In this document: positions 19,978 through 29,030 of the stretch, piece after piece
Layout of the letters: each line of letters starts with the position of its first letter
Position numbering within the stretch: the first letter of the stretch is position 1
Assembly (NCBI GenBank): GCA_903843045.1
Contig: CAIMOJ010000046.1
Coordinates: 650 to 64,649 of the forward strand
DNA length: 64,000 nt
Source: Candidatus Uhrbacteria bacterium
GTDB lineage: Bacteria; Patescibacteriota; Patescibacteriia; UBA9934; GWF2-40-263
Direction: 5' to 3'
Position numbers and translations under genes: made by a program
Notes under the pieces: model-generated
Seen by the model: only the letters and a program-made list of their open reading frames with translations
The model's database searches: none
What the model was told of the DNA's origin: nothing

Positions 19978-20051
19978 GTCATTGCGAGGAGGTCTCAACC
20001 GACGAAGCAATCCCACGAGAGATTGCTTCGGCCTGATGGCCTCGCAATGAC
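19978..20051. repeat. Intergenic REP/RPE-like nested palindrome
   Basis: Outer arms gtcattgcgagg/cctcgcaatgac (12 bp), inner arms cgaagcaatc/gattgcttcg (10 bp). Confidence 0.8.
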
Positions 20052-20065
20052 GGACGATTCGAACT

Positions 20066-21943
20066 GTGATCGCGGAAATCTATCCAATCAAACGCATGCC
20101 GCGCCGGTTCGACGTTTTCGACTATCAGATCCCGGCCGGCATGAACCTCACTCGCGGATCCGGCGTCCGGATCCCGTTTCGGTTTGGAGAAATGCGCGGA
20201 ATCGTGGCGCATGTAACCGACGGCGCAGGACGCGGAAAGACGATAAAGCCGGTCTCCGCGATCCTGTCGGACCTTTCGATGACTGACGACGAGCTCTCGT
20301 GCTTCGAGGACGTCGCGTTCGACACGGCGCAGAGCGTTTCCGCCGTTCTCCACGCGACGATCCCGATCCCGGGAAAACGACTCGTTTCGCCCCCCTCTCC
20401 TTCAAAAGGAGAGGGCCGGGGTGAGGTCTACGTCTCGCCACTCACCATCTCTGCCCGCGAAGCCCCGCAAATCTCTCAGGTCGTCACGGAACTCTCCACC
20501 CGGTCCGAGGCGTTTGTCGCCATTCCTGACCTCAAGCGCGCCGCCGTCCTCATCGCGACCTACCGCCGTGACCACCCGACCGAACCCATCCTCGTCCTCG
20601 CGCCGAACGTTCGCGATGCGCGTCTCCTCGCGTCCCGACTCGCCGGAAACGAGACGGTCGTCGTGACCGGCGAGGAGTCCCCGGCCGAGCGCTTCCGCCG
20701 CTGGAAGCTCTGGCGCGGCCGGAAGACGGGTCTCCTCGTCGGTTCCCGCATGGCAGCCCTTTGGACGCACCCGACGCTCGGCGCGGTATTCCTCGTACGC
20801 TCGGGACACCCCAACCATAAGCAGAACGACCGCAATCCACGCTTCGACGCGCGATTCGTGGGACAGGTTCTCCATGAACGGCTTTCCGCCAAGCGCTTTC
20901 ACCTCGACGTCATGCCAAGCACCGAGGATCTCGTCGGCTTCGGCGCGGCGAACCTTCTCGGCTCGACCGCGCGACCGGAGACGATCATCGCCGACATGAC
21001 GATCGAGCGCGCCGGCTCTCCACACCCTTGCCTCGGCAACAGCCTCGTCATCGAAGTCGCCCAGACGCTCGCCGAGAACCGCCGCGTCATTTGCGCCTAC
21101 AACCTGAAGGGCGTGTCCCGACGACTGCAGTGCGCAGACTGCGGGCACCGGTTTCCGTGCGAGAATTGCGGAGGCGTCCTCGCCCCGTACGTGACCACGG
21201 TCCAATGCCACCGATGCGGACGAACCGAGCCGCTGCCGACCTCCTGCCCCGCATGCCACAAGAACAAACTGACGCCGAAAGGATTTGGAAATCGCGCGGT
21301 CGCTGCGGCCCTCCAGTCGGCGTTCCCCGAGGCAACCGTCGCCTGCCTCGACCGGGACACGGACGTGGATGGCGCGAAGGACGCGGACATCCTCGTCGTT
21401 ACGCGCCATTACGTCGAGAACGTCTTTGACCCGTTTCACCCGCCGGACGTCGGTCTCGTCGCCGAGCTTGAGGGAGACCGGTCCTTGTTCGAGCCGTCCT
21501 ACCGCGCCCTCGAGAAATCCCTGCTCAACGCCGAGGAGTGGCGCGGAATCGCCCACGCCTGCCGCGCGAGGTTCCTCATCCAGACCGAGATGCCCGATCT
21601 GTTCCGCAACGCCCTCTCGCAGCCGGAAAAGGCCCTTCTCGACGACCTTGCCATCCGCAAGTCCTACGCCCAGCCGCCGTATGTCCGCGCCATGACCGTC
21701 GACTTCAAGCCCGACGAGCCGGACGAACAAGCCCGAGGAATCGCAAAGGCCATCGAAGCTATCCGCGCCGTCTCCCCGTCGACGGACATCGCCAAGCTCC
21801 CCTCTCCTTTAAAAGGAGAGGGTCAGGGTGAGGTCTACGCCTCTCTACGTCTCACCGTCCCCCCGTCCGACGAGCGCGCCGTTCTCCAGGCCTTTTCCCC
21901 GCTCGACGACTCGTATATCATTGACACAAGGCCGTTGGAATGA
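20066..21943 (+). CDS. priA: Primosomal protein N' (PriA), helicase motifs degenerate
   Basis: N-terminal FDYQIP..G.GVRIPF domain, four CxxC motifs, KQ..NPRFDAR; upstream of def-fmt; Walker A and DExH absent. Confidence 0.8.
   Translation: MIAEIYPIKRMPRRFDVFDYQIPAGMNLTRGSGVRIPFRFGEMRGIVAHVTDGAGRGKTIKPVSAILSDLSMTDDELSCFEDVAFDTAQSVSAVLHATIPIPGKRLVSPPSPSKGEGRGEVYVSPLTISAREAPQISQVVTELSTRSEAFVAIPDLKRAAVLIATYRRDHPTEPILVLAPNVRDARLLASRLAGNETVVVTGEESPAERFRRWKLWRGRKTGLLVGSRMAALWTHPTLGAVFLVRSGHPNHKQNDRNPRFDARFVGQVLHERLSAKRFHLDVMPSTEDLVGFGAANLLGSTARPETIIADMTIERAGSPHPCLGNSLVIEVAQTLAENRRVICAYNLKGVSRRLQCADCGHRFPCENCGGVLAPYVTTVQCHRCGRTEPLPTSCPACHKNKLTPKGFGNRAVAAALQSAFPEATVACLDRDTDVDGAKDADILVVTRHYVENVFDPFHPPDVGLVAELEGDRSLFEPSYRALEKSLLNAEEWRGIAHACRARFLIQTEMPDLFRNALSQPEKALLDDLAIRKSYAQPPYVRAMTVDFKPDEPDEQARGIAKAIEAIRAVSPSTDIAKLPSPLKGEGQGEVYASLRLTVPPSDERAVLQAFSPLDDSYIIDTRPLE
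20391..20434 (+). repeat. Family A element in frame in priA (PPSPSKGEGRGEVYV)
   Basis: ccccctctccttcaaaaggagagggccggggtgaggtctacgtc. Confidence 0.9.
21796..21839 (+). repeat. Family A element in frame in priA (LPSPLKGEGQGEVY)
   Basis: 44 nt identical to 23178-23221. Confidence 0.95.
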
Positions 21944-21949
21944 TATTAT
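21921..21949 (+). promoter_or_regulatory. Sigma70 promoter for def-fmt
   Basis: TTGACA-17-TATTAT with extended TG. Confidence 0.7.
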
Positions 21950-21962
21950 TTCCGCCAATCCT

Positions 21963-22436
21963 ATGATCGTCCTCACGAATCCAAACCCCGAACTTCGCGT
22001 CCGATCCGTCGAGATTCCCTCGTCGGACATTGCTTCGGATCGTCTCAAGGCGATGATTGTCGACCTGAAGAGGACGATGAGGGAGGAAAACGGCTGCGGC
22101 ATCGCCGCGCCGCAGGTTGGGATCCACGAGCGCGTGATCATCGTCGACGACGGTTCGGGCCCGAAGGCATACATCAACCCGGAGATCGTCTCAAAGTCGT
22201 TCGCCACGTTCCTGTTCGAGGAGGGATGCCTGTCCGTACCGGGCGTCTGGGGCATGGTCAAGCGGCACAAGTCCGTAAAGGTCATGGCGATCGGAGAGGA
22301 CGGCAAGCCCGTAAAGATCTCCGGAAAGGGACTTCTGTCCGTCATCTTCCAGCATGAGATCGACCACCTCAACGGTGTCCTGTTCATCGACACGGTCCAG
22401 AAGATTACCCGCATGCCGAACAACTCAATCCTCTGA
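21963..22436 (+). CDS. def: Peptide deformylase
   Basis: GCGIAAPQVG, EGCLS and QHEIDHLNG motifs. Confidence 0.95.
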   Translation: MIVLTNPNPELRVRSVEIPSSDIASDRLKAMIVDLKRTMREENGCGIAAPQVGIHERVIIVDDGSGPKAYINPEIVSKSFATFLFEEGCLSVPGVWGMVKRHKSVKVMAIGEDGKPVKISGKGLLSVIFQHEIDHLNGVLFIDTVQKITRMPNNSIL

Positions 22437-22452
22437 TCCGCATTGTACTTGT

Positions 22453-23430
22453 ATGATTCGCATTGCGTTCTTTGGAACCCCCGAGTTCTCCGTCCCATTT
22501 TTAACGGCCCTTGTCGACGACCCCGCATTCGAGGTCGTCGCTGTCGTTTCACAGCCCGATCGTCCGTCCGGACGCAATCACGAGATCGTCCCGACCCCGG
22601 TCAAATCCGTCGCGCTGGACCACCAGATTCCGGTCCTGCAACCTTCGACCCTGCGCGATGAATCCGTCGCGACGACGCTTCGCTCCCTTGATGCGGACTA
22701 CTTTGTCGTGGTCGCCTATGGCAAGATCATCCCGCAGGCCGTCCTCGACGTCCCGCGGCTCGGCTGCGTCAACGTCCATCCTTCCCTCCTGCCGAAGTAC
22801 CGCGGCCCGTCCCCGATGAACTGGGCGATCGCGGAGGGCGACGCGACCACCGGCGTCACGATCATGCTGCTCGACGCGGGGATGGATACCGGACCGATCC
22901 TGTCCCAGACGAGCATCGGCCTTGATTCCGACGAGACGATGGAAACGCTCATGGCCAAGGCGCACGAGCAGGGCGTCCCGCTCCTCGTCGACGCGCTCAA
23001 GCGATTCGCGGCAGGCGAGATCGTCCCCGTCGCGCAAAACGACGAGCTCGCGACGATGACGAAGCTGCTCGACCGCGACGACGGCCGCGTCAACTGGACG
23101 CTTCCCATGGCAACGATCGAGCGACGCCTGCGCGCCTACCAGCCCTGGCCGGGACTCTGGACCGTCTGGACCCGCACGCTCCCCTCTCCTTTAAAAGGAG
23201 AGGGTCAGGGTGAGGTCTACGTCCGTTTGAAGATCCATTCCCTCCAACCGTCCGACTTCCGCGCCGACCTTCCGCCCGGAACCGTCTCAACGAAAAACAG
23301 TCGACTCTTCGTCGACTGTTCGGACGGGACGATCGAGATCCTTGAACTCCAGCCGGAAGGAAAACCCCGAATGTCCGCGGAAGCGTTCCTCCTGGGCTAT
23401 TCCGACGTGAACGGCGCCATGCTTGGCTGA
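22453..23430 (+). CDS. fmt: Methionyl-tRNA formyltransferase
   Basis: FFGTPEFS, QPDRPSGR, NVHPSLLPKYRG and MDTGPI motifs. Confidence 0.96.
   Translation: MIRIAFFGTPEFSVPFLTALVDDPAFEVVAVVSQPDRPSGRNHEIVPTPVKSVALDHQIPVLQPSTLRDESVATTLRSLDADYFVVVAYGKIIPQAVLDVPRLGCVNVHPSLLPKYRGPSPMNWAIAEGDATTGVTIMLLDAGMDTGPILSQTSIGLDSDETMETLMAKAHEQGVPLLVDALKRFAAGEIVPVAQNDELATMTKLLDRDDGRVNWTLPMATIERRLRAYQPWPGLWTVWTRTLPSPLKGEGQGEVYVRLKIHSLQPSDFRADLPPGTVSTKNSRLFVDCSDGTIEILELQPEGKPRMSAEAFLLGYSDVNGAMLG
23178..23223 (+). repeat. Family A element in frame in fmt (LPSPLKGEGQGEVYV)
   Basis: gctcccctctcctttaaaaggagagggtcagggtgaggtctacgtc. Confidence 0.95.
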
Positions 23431-24947
23431 AGCGCGCCGGAAGCGACGACAACCGAATCTGAAACGGGAACCTTCTGCGTCGTCGCGGGAGGTTTTTGGT
23501 TGAGGAACGGAACGACGAACAGAAGCAGTCCGAGGCCAAGCGGGTGGTTGAGATATGGCGAGGTAACGTGCGTCGCGTACAGCATGGCAAGACACGAGAT
23601 CAGCGCGACGGCAACCCAGGACTGACTCGTTCGCAACGTCGGCCAGAGCCCGCGAACGAGGCCGACGAACAGGAACGCGAAGGCGAGCGGGCCAAGCAGG
23701 CCCATCTTCAACCACAGCTCCAGCCATCCCCATTCGAGCGAATACGTCGTCCAGGTCCCGTCCGGATGGATGGCACGGGCGCGCGGATCGTCGGTCTTGA
23801 ACGTGATCTCCTGGCCGAACCCGCTGCCGAGTGCGACGTGTTCCTTGATTTGGGCCATCAGCGGCGGAAGCAGGTTCCAACGGCTGGAGATGGCCACGTC
23901 GGAGATATCCGTCGTTCGGCTCGAGACAAGACCGGTGAGATCGCTGACCCGGCCGACGCGATATGGCAACGGAAACAGGACGATCCCCACGAGCAGGATG
24001 CCCGCCCCGATCGTTGCGACCGCGACCGAGCCGAACGCCTTCCCCGCGACCTTCGTTCCCGGCCACCCATCGGCGAACTTCAGGACGACGAACGCGAACG
24101 CGCCGACGATAATCCCAAGCCAGAAGCTGCGCGACAGGCTGATGATGACGACGGATCCGATCCCCACGAGCAACAGCGTCACGGTGCGATAGGCGCGCTT
24201 CGGAACGTCGCGGAGGAATAGGAACGGCATGAGGAAGAACGCGAACGCGATCACGGAAAACTGGGCCTGAAGGAAGACGCGGAAGATGTTCCCCGCCATC
24301 TTGGTCAGCTCGCCGGTACGGGTGTCACGGATGAACAGGTAGACGGCGCCGAGCATCCACTCCGGAAAGTGCGTGAAGACATAGAGGAGGCCAAGCGAAA
24401 GGATCGTCACCCAGGCGGCGGAGGCGGCGAGGACCTGGAGGAGAAGCCGCTTCTTGGTCACGTCCCAGTCGACGCAGAGGACTGGAAACAAGTAGCCAAG
24501 GTAAAGATACGCGTTTCCGTCCTTGAACGCCGTCGTCGGGTCGTGCAGCAGGAACCCGATGACGAATCCGATCGCGACGGCGACGAAGAGCGGAACGAAC
24601 GGGGTCAGTCGCGAATCTCGCAGCGACAGCCGAACGCGTCGCGTAACGATCGCCAGAACCCACGCGGCCATGACGGCAACGAAGACGGCCATGCGGGACG
24701 AAAAGGAGAACCCGTGAATGTCGTACGCGATCAGATGGCCGTGCGAGTTGGCGAACAGCTCGGCGAAGGCGACGAGGAGTCCGAGGTCGAGGCGCTTCCA
24801 GGTGATCGCGAAGATGGCGACCATCGAGACGGCAAGCGCGACGGCGGAGGCGATCGGGAACGGAAAGACGGCGATCGAGACCGCAAAGACTCCGGCGAGG
24901 ACGCCAAGCGTGATCCAGAAGGGCTTTCCAAAGAATTGGTCGAACAT
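23397..24947 (-). CDS. O-antigen ligase/polymerase (Wzy_C) family membrane protein
   Basis: Many TM segments; SLSRSFWLG, SSRW..L, LGSGFG and LKMGLLG motifs; lies in a glycosyltransferase cluster. Confidence 0.75.
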   Translation of the reverse strand: MFDQFFGKPFWITLGVLAGVFAVSIAVFPFPIASAVALAVSMVAIFAITWKRLDLGLLVAFAELFANSHGHLIAYDIHGFSFSSRMAVFVAVMAAWVLAIVTRRVRLSLRDSRLTPFVPLFVAVAIGFVIGFLLHDPTTAFKDGNAYLYLGYLFPVLCVDWDVTKKRLLLQVLAASAAWVTILSLGLLYVFTHFPEWMLGAVYLFIRDTRTGELTKMAGNIFRVFLQAQFSVIAFAFFLMPFLFLRDVPKRAYRTVTLLLVGIGSVVIISLSRSFWLGIIVGAFAFVVLKFADGWPGTKVAGKAFGSVAVATIGAGILLVGIVLFPLPYRVGRVSDLTGLVSSRTTDISDVAISSRWNLLPPLMAQIKEHVALGSGFGQEITFKTDDPRARAIHPDGTWTTYSLEWGWLELWLKMGLLGPLAFAFLFVGLVRGLWPTLRTSQSWVAVALISCLAMLYATHVTSPYLNHPLGLGLLLFVVPFLNQKPPATTQKVPVSDSVVVASGALQPSMAPFTSE

Positions 24948-24957
24948 ACACGAGGGG

Positions 24958-25803
24958 TCAGGAGGGTTTGATGAGGGATGCCAGGGCAGCCAGGACGAAA
25001 AAGATCGGATCGAGGGCGACGAACATCAGCCAGACGGGCGTGCCGTAATGCTTTTTCATGTACCGGCGCAGGCTGCGGCGGACCATCCCCTGCTTTTTCC
25101 ATGTCCCGACCCGGCTGAACGATCCGCCCTTGCGATGGAGCATCGAAACGTCGCCGTAATAACGGACTTTCCAGCCCGCGTCGACCGTTCGCTTGCAGAA
25201 GTCGACCTCCTCGTACCAAAGGAAAAATCCGTCGTCGAGCAGGCCGATCCTGTCGATCACCTCGCGCCGGATACAGAAGAACGCGCCCATCACCTGGTCC
25301 ACGTCCTGCGTACGGCCGTAGTCGAAATCCTTCATGAGATACCGTCGAATCGGTCCGAGGTTCGGGAACACGTGCGGGAGCTTCGAGAGCAGAAGGAGCT
25401 GGTCGACCGGCGTTGGAAAATGCCAGACGCAATCCTGCTGGGTCCCGTCGAGGTTCTTGAGTGAGATTCCGCCGATCCCAACGTCCTCGTCGCGCCGCAT
25501 CCGCACCTCGATCGCGGTGATCGCGTCGGACGTAAATATCGTGTCGGGGTTCAGGAGGATGACGAACTCGCCGTTTGACTGTCGAATGGCAAGATTGCAT
25601 CCGCCCGCGAAGCCGAGATTCCGCTCGCTGACGATAAATCGCACGATTGGGTACCTTCGTTGCAGCGCCGAAGGATCCGTCCCGTCTCCATTGATGACGA
25701 CGAAGACCTCCAGGTCGTCCCGAGGAACGAATTTAAAAAGCGACGCGAGCATCGTCTCGACGTAATCGAGGGACTTGTAGGAGACGGTGACGATCGAGAT
25801 CAT
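24958..25803 (-). CDS. GT2 glycosyltransferase
   Basis: NLGFAGGCN, LLNPD and FFLWYEEVDFC motifs. Confidence 0.9.
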   Translation of the reverse strand: MISIVTVSYKSLDYVETMLASLFKFVPRDDLEVFVVINGDGTDPSALQRRYPIVRFIVSERNLGFAGGCNLAIRQSNGEFVILLNPDTIFTSDAITAIEVRMRRDEDVGIGGISLKNLDGTQQDCVWHFPTPVDQLLLLSKLPHVFPNLGPIRRYLMKDFDYGRTQDVDQVMGAFFCIRREVIDRIGLLDDGFFLWYEEVDFCKRTVDAGWKVRYYGDVSMLHRKGGSFSRVGTWKKQGMVRRSLRRYMKKHYGTPVWLMFVALDPIFFVLAALASLIKPS

Positions 25804-26501
25804 AGGCGGTGCTTCGTCGCGATAATCGTTCTGGCCTCGTCGTAGCGTCGAACCGACGACGGCCTCCAGCCAAGCCGGTGCCATGGAATCCGATAGATGA
25901 ACGACGGACGCCACTGGGAGATGCCCGGGCGGTCGGATCGGTCGATGACCTGGAACAGCTCACGGCCGACGAACGTCCCCGCATGGCCCCGCTCGAGCAT
26001 CGTGAGCCAGACATCCCAATCCTGGAAGCGCCTGATCGACGGGTCGAACCCGGGGAAATGCTCGCGGCGGACGAGCGACGTCGTGTGGACGAAGTTCATG
26101 CGGCGGAGTCGGTCCTCGTCGAACGAAAAGGACGAGAATGACTTCCAGCCGAATCGAAACCCGCTGTACGCGTAGCTCGCCTCCGGATGGTCGACAAGCG
26201 CCCGTTCCATCGTCGCGAGCATGTCCGGCGCCATGACCACGTCCGCGTCGCAGAAGATCACGAGGTCGCCGGTCGCCCGCGCGAACCCATTGTTCCGCGC
26301 GACGTTCCCGCCCTGGTTCGACTGCGTGACGATCGTGACGCGATCGGCAAACGCGGCGAGGACGCGTTCGGTCTCGTCCGTGCTGCCGTCGTTCACGACG
26401 ATGATCTCGTCGGGCTTCCGCGTCTGAACAAAAAGAGAGTTCAGGCACTCCGAGAGCGTCTTCGCGTGCTGGTAGGACGGGATGATGACGGAGATCGTCA
26501 C
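25800..26501 (-). CDS. GT2 glycosyltransferase
   Basis: ISVIIPSY, VVNDGSTD, ARNNG, FCDAD and QDWD motifs. Confidence 0.9.
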   Translation of the reverse strand: MTISVIIPSYQHAKTLSECLNSLFVQTRKPDEIIVVNDGSTDETERVLAAFADRVTIVTQSNQGGNVARNNGFARATGDLVIFCDADVVMAPDMLATMERALVDHPEASYAYSGFRFGWKSFSSFSFDEDRLRRMNFVHTTSLVRREHFPGFDPSIRRFQDWDVWLTMLERGHAGTFVGRELFQVIDRSDRPGISQWRPSFIYRIPWHRLGWRPSSVRRYDEARTIIATKHRL

Positions 26502-27583
26502 AGATATTCCTTCAATTTCTCAAGCTGTCTTTCGTTCGTAAACTCGTCGGCAGCCCGCCGATAGGCCGCTTCGCCCAGCCGCTGCCGTTCCGCGTCGCTC
26601 ATGGCCAGAAGATACACCGCGTCCGCGAGCGCCGCAATGTCCCCGTCCTTGACGAGAATGCCGGTTATTCCGTCGAGAACAGCCTCGTCGACGCCCCGCA
26701 TGTCCGTCGCAACCGACGGGACGCCGTGCAACGCGGCCTCGAGATACACCATGCCGAATCCCTCGCGGTCGACGGAATCCGCCACGACCGGCTCGACGAA
26801 TATGTCGGCGGCGGCGTAATGGTCGGAGAGCTGATCGTCGGCCACGTCGCGAGCGATCGTCACGCGGTCGTCGAGACCGAGCTCGGAGATGCGTCGCGCG
26901 ATCGTCTCGAGATAAGGCCCGTCGCCGACGATGTCGTATCGAATGTCGATCGCCGGCCACTGGCGGCGAAGCAATGCCATCGCGTCGAGAACGCGGACGT
27001 GTCCCTTGCGCGAGACGAGCCTTGCCACGGTCAGCAGGTTTACCGGACCGATCGCTCCAAGCATCCCAGCCCCCGGTCCCCTGACTCGTTTCCTCTCCTC
27101 ATAGGGAGGAGGGGTCAGGGGTGGTTGACGCGCTTCGACCGTCGGATACACGACAATCGTCCTCCTTACCCCAAACTCTTCTCTCACTTCCCTCTCCAGC
27201 GCCTTCGAGTTCGCGACGACAACCTTCGCCCCGCGCAGAACCATCCCCGCGACGATTCGCTTCATCCATCGCGTCTTCGCAAGCCCGACATCCATCCCAT
27301 GGACGATCACGACGTACGGCGTGCCCGTCATCCATCGGAAAACCATCGCCGCCGTCCCGATCGGAAGGACATGGCTAACCACGATCTGACTACCAACGCT
27401 TGGCATCGGTAGCAAACGTCGATCGCGAACAAACCGTCGAAGCGCCTGCCACCACCTGGTGGACGGATCAACAACCGTCACTTCCATCGAATCAGAAAAA
27501 TATGCGGTGAGATTCCCGAGATATCTTGCGACTCCGCCCCGCGATGGCGCGTAATCAGTCGTGTATAGCCGTGTCTTCGGCAT
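26498..27583 (-). CDS. GT4 glycosyltransferase
   Basis: GGVARY, VARLVSRKG and EGFGMVYLEA motifs. Confidence 0.9.
   Translation of the reverse strand: MPKTRLYTTDYAPSRGGVARYLGNLTAYFSDSMEVTVVDPSTRWWQALRRFVRDRRLLPMPSVGSQIVVSHVLPIGTAAMVFRWMTGTPYVVIVHGMDVGLAKTRWMKRIVAGMVLRGAKVVVANSKALEREVREEFGVRRTIVVYPTVEARQPPLTPPPYEERKRVRGPGAGMLGAIGPVNLLTVARLVSRKGHVRVLDAMALLRRQWPAIDIRYDIVGDGPYLETIARRISELGLDDRVTIARDVADDQLSDHYAAADIFVEPVVADSVDREGFGMVYLEAALHGVPSVATDMRGVDEAVLDGITGILVKDGDIAALADAVYLLAMSDAERQRLGEAAYRRAADEFTNERQLEKLKEYL
27078..27127. repeat. Family A-related element (A') in frame in the GT4 gene (QPPLTPPPYEERKRVRG)
   Basis: tcctctcctcatagggaggaggggtcaggggtggttg; outer stem cccctgac/gtcagggg; matches the reverse complement of 48008-48080. 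Confidence 0.7.
27387..27415. repeat. Family B element in frame in the GT4 gene (LLPMPSVGS)
   Basis: ctaccaacgc-ttg-gcatcggtag, decayed palindrome. Confidence 0.75.
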
Positions 27584-29027
27584 AGGCGGTCTTTCGACGG
27601 ATAAGCCGCATGATGGCGGCAAAATGATGCTTTTGGACAGACCGGGACAACACGAGCATGACGGCATAGACGAATGCCGCGAACGGAAGAGCGAGGTAGA
27701 ATCCCGTCTCGGGACGAACGAGGCGCGTGGCGAATCCCATGGCGGCGGCGGAACAAATGATCGGAACGGTCGTCCTCATCAGTCGCGCGAACCCGTATTC
27801 CGGGATCACCCGGGGAACGAACCAGAAGCCGGCGACGAACAGGAAGGTGAAGCTGATCACGCCGGAATAGGCGGCTCCGAGGATTCCGAACGTCGGAATC
27901 AGGAAAAAGTTGCATATCACGTTGATGACCATCGTCACGCCCATCACCGCGGTCTTCGTTGCCTGCCGATTCGCGGCATTCAGGAGCGAGCCGACGGGAA
28001 AGTCGAGGAAGATGGGAATGAGGACGAAGATGAGGACCGCGAGTACCGGCGCGGCGTTCGCATACCCGTCCCCGGCAAGCGCGATCGCGTCCCCGGCAAC
28101 GGCCCAGAGACCGAACGCGATCGGGGCCGCGAGAATCGTCACGTACCAGACGGCCTCGTCGAACAGTCGCGTCAGGCCTTCCGTGTCCTTCTTCCCCACC
28201 ATCGCGCTCATTCCCGGATACAGCGCGGCGACGAATGCCATCGGGAGGAACTGGAACGCGTACGTGAACTTATAGGCCACGGCATAGACGCCGACCGCTG
28301 CGGTTCCGACGACCTTGGAGATGATGAGCGAATCGACGTACGAGTAAACCTTCACGAACATCCCGGCGAGGGCAAACGGGAGCGCGGCGAGCAATAACGA
28401 TCGAATCGCCTCTTTGTCGAATCTTGGTCGAAGAACGTTCCAGCCATAGATCGCAACGACATGGCGCGCGGAATAGAAGGCGTTGAACGTCGAGCCGACA
28501 AGGAGCGCGAGGACGAGTAGATGAAGCGACGGGTGCGTCAGAAGGACGATCCCGCCGAACAGGAGCGTGCACGTCTGTCCCACGAAGATCCCGAGCGACT
28601 CGAACCGCAGCGTGTGGTGTCCGCGCAGGACGCCGTAGAACAATAGGCTCATCGCGTCAGCAAGCATGACAAGCGACGCCACGAGGACGAGCTCGCGAAC
28701 GGTCGCATCGTATCCCAGCGCCCATGACATCGCCACCGCCCCGACCGTCGCCAGTACCATGAACGGAATCTTCAGCCAGACGGCCCGTCGGATCAGGTCC
28801 GCGGCGCGCTCCGGAACCTTCGCGACGTCGCGAATCACCACCGGCGTCACGCCAAGGTCGGTGATCGTCGAAAAGATCGTCGTAATCGAAAGCGCGAGGA
28901 AGTAATCCCCCGTCGCCTCGGGCCGCATCACGCGCGCGAGCAACAGGAAATAGAAGAACGCGAGGATCTTCTGCGCGATGGACGCGGCGGTGAGATAGAG
29001 GGTATTTTTTGCGACGGGCGAGGACAT
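27555..29027 (-). CDS. Wzx-like polysaccharide flippase
   Basis: 490 aa, about 14 TM segments; VAKNT, DLG, VGVYAVAYK and LIPTFGILGAA motifs. Confidence 0.88.
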   Translation of the reverse strand: MSSPVAKNTLYLTAASIAQKILAFFYFLLLARVMRPEATGDYFLALSITTIFSTITDLGVTPVVIRDVAKVPERAADLIRRAVWLKIPFMVLATVGAVAMSWALGYDATVRELVLVASLVMLADAMSLLFYGVLRGHHTLRFESLGIFVGQTCTLLFGGIVLLTHPSLHLLVLALLVGSTFNAFYSARHVVAIYGWNVLRPRFDKEAIRSLLLAALPFALAGMFVKVYSYVDSLIISKVVGTAAVGVYAVAYKFTYAFQFLPMAFVAALYPGMSAMVGKKDTEGLTRLFDEAVWYVTILAAPIAFGLWAVAGDAIALAGDGYANAAPVLAVLIFVLIPIFLDFPVGSLLNAANRQATKTAVMGVTMVINVICNFFLIPTFGILGAAYSGVISFTFLFVAGFWFVPRVIPEYGFARLMRTTVPIICSAAAMGFATRLVRPETGFYLALPFAAFVYAVMLVLSRSVQKHHFAAIMRLIRRKTAYAEDTAIHD

Positions 29028-29030
29028 AGG

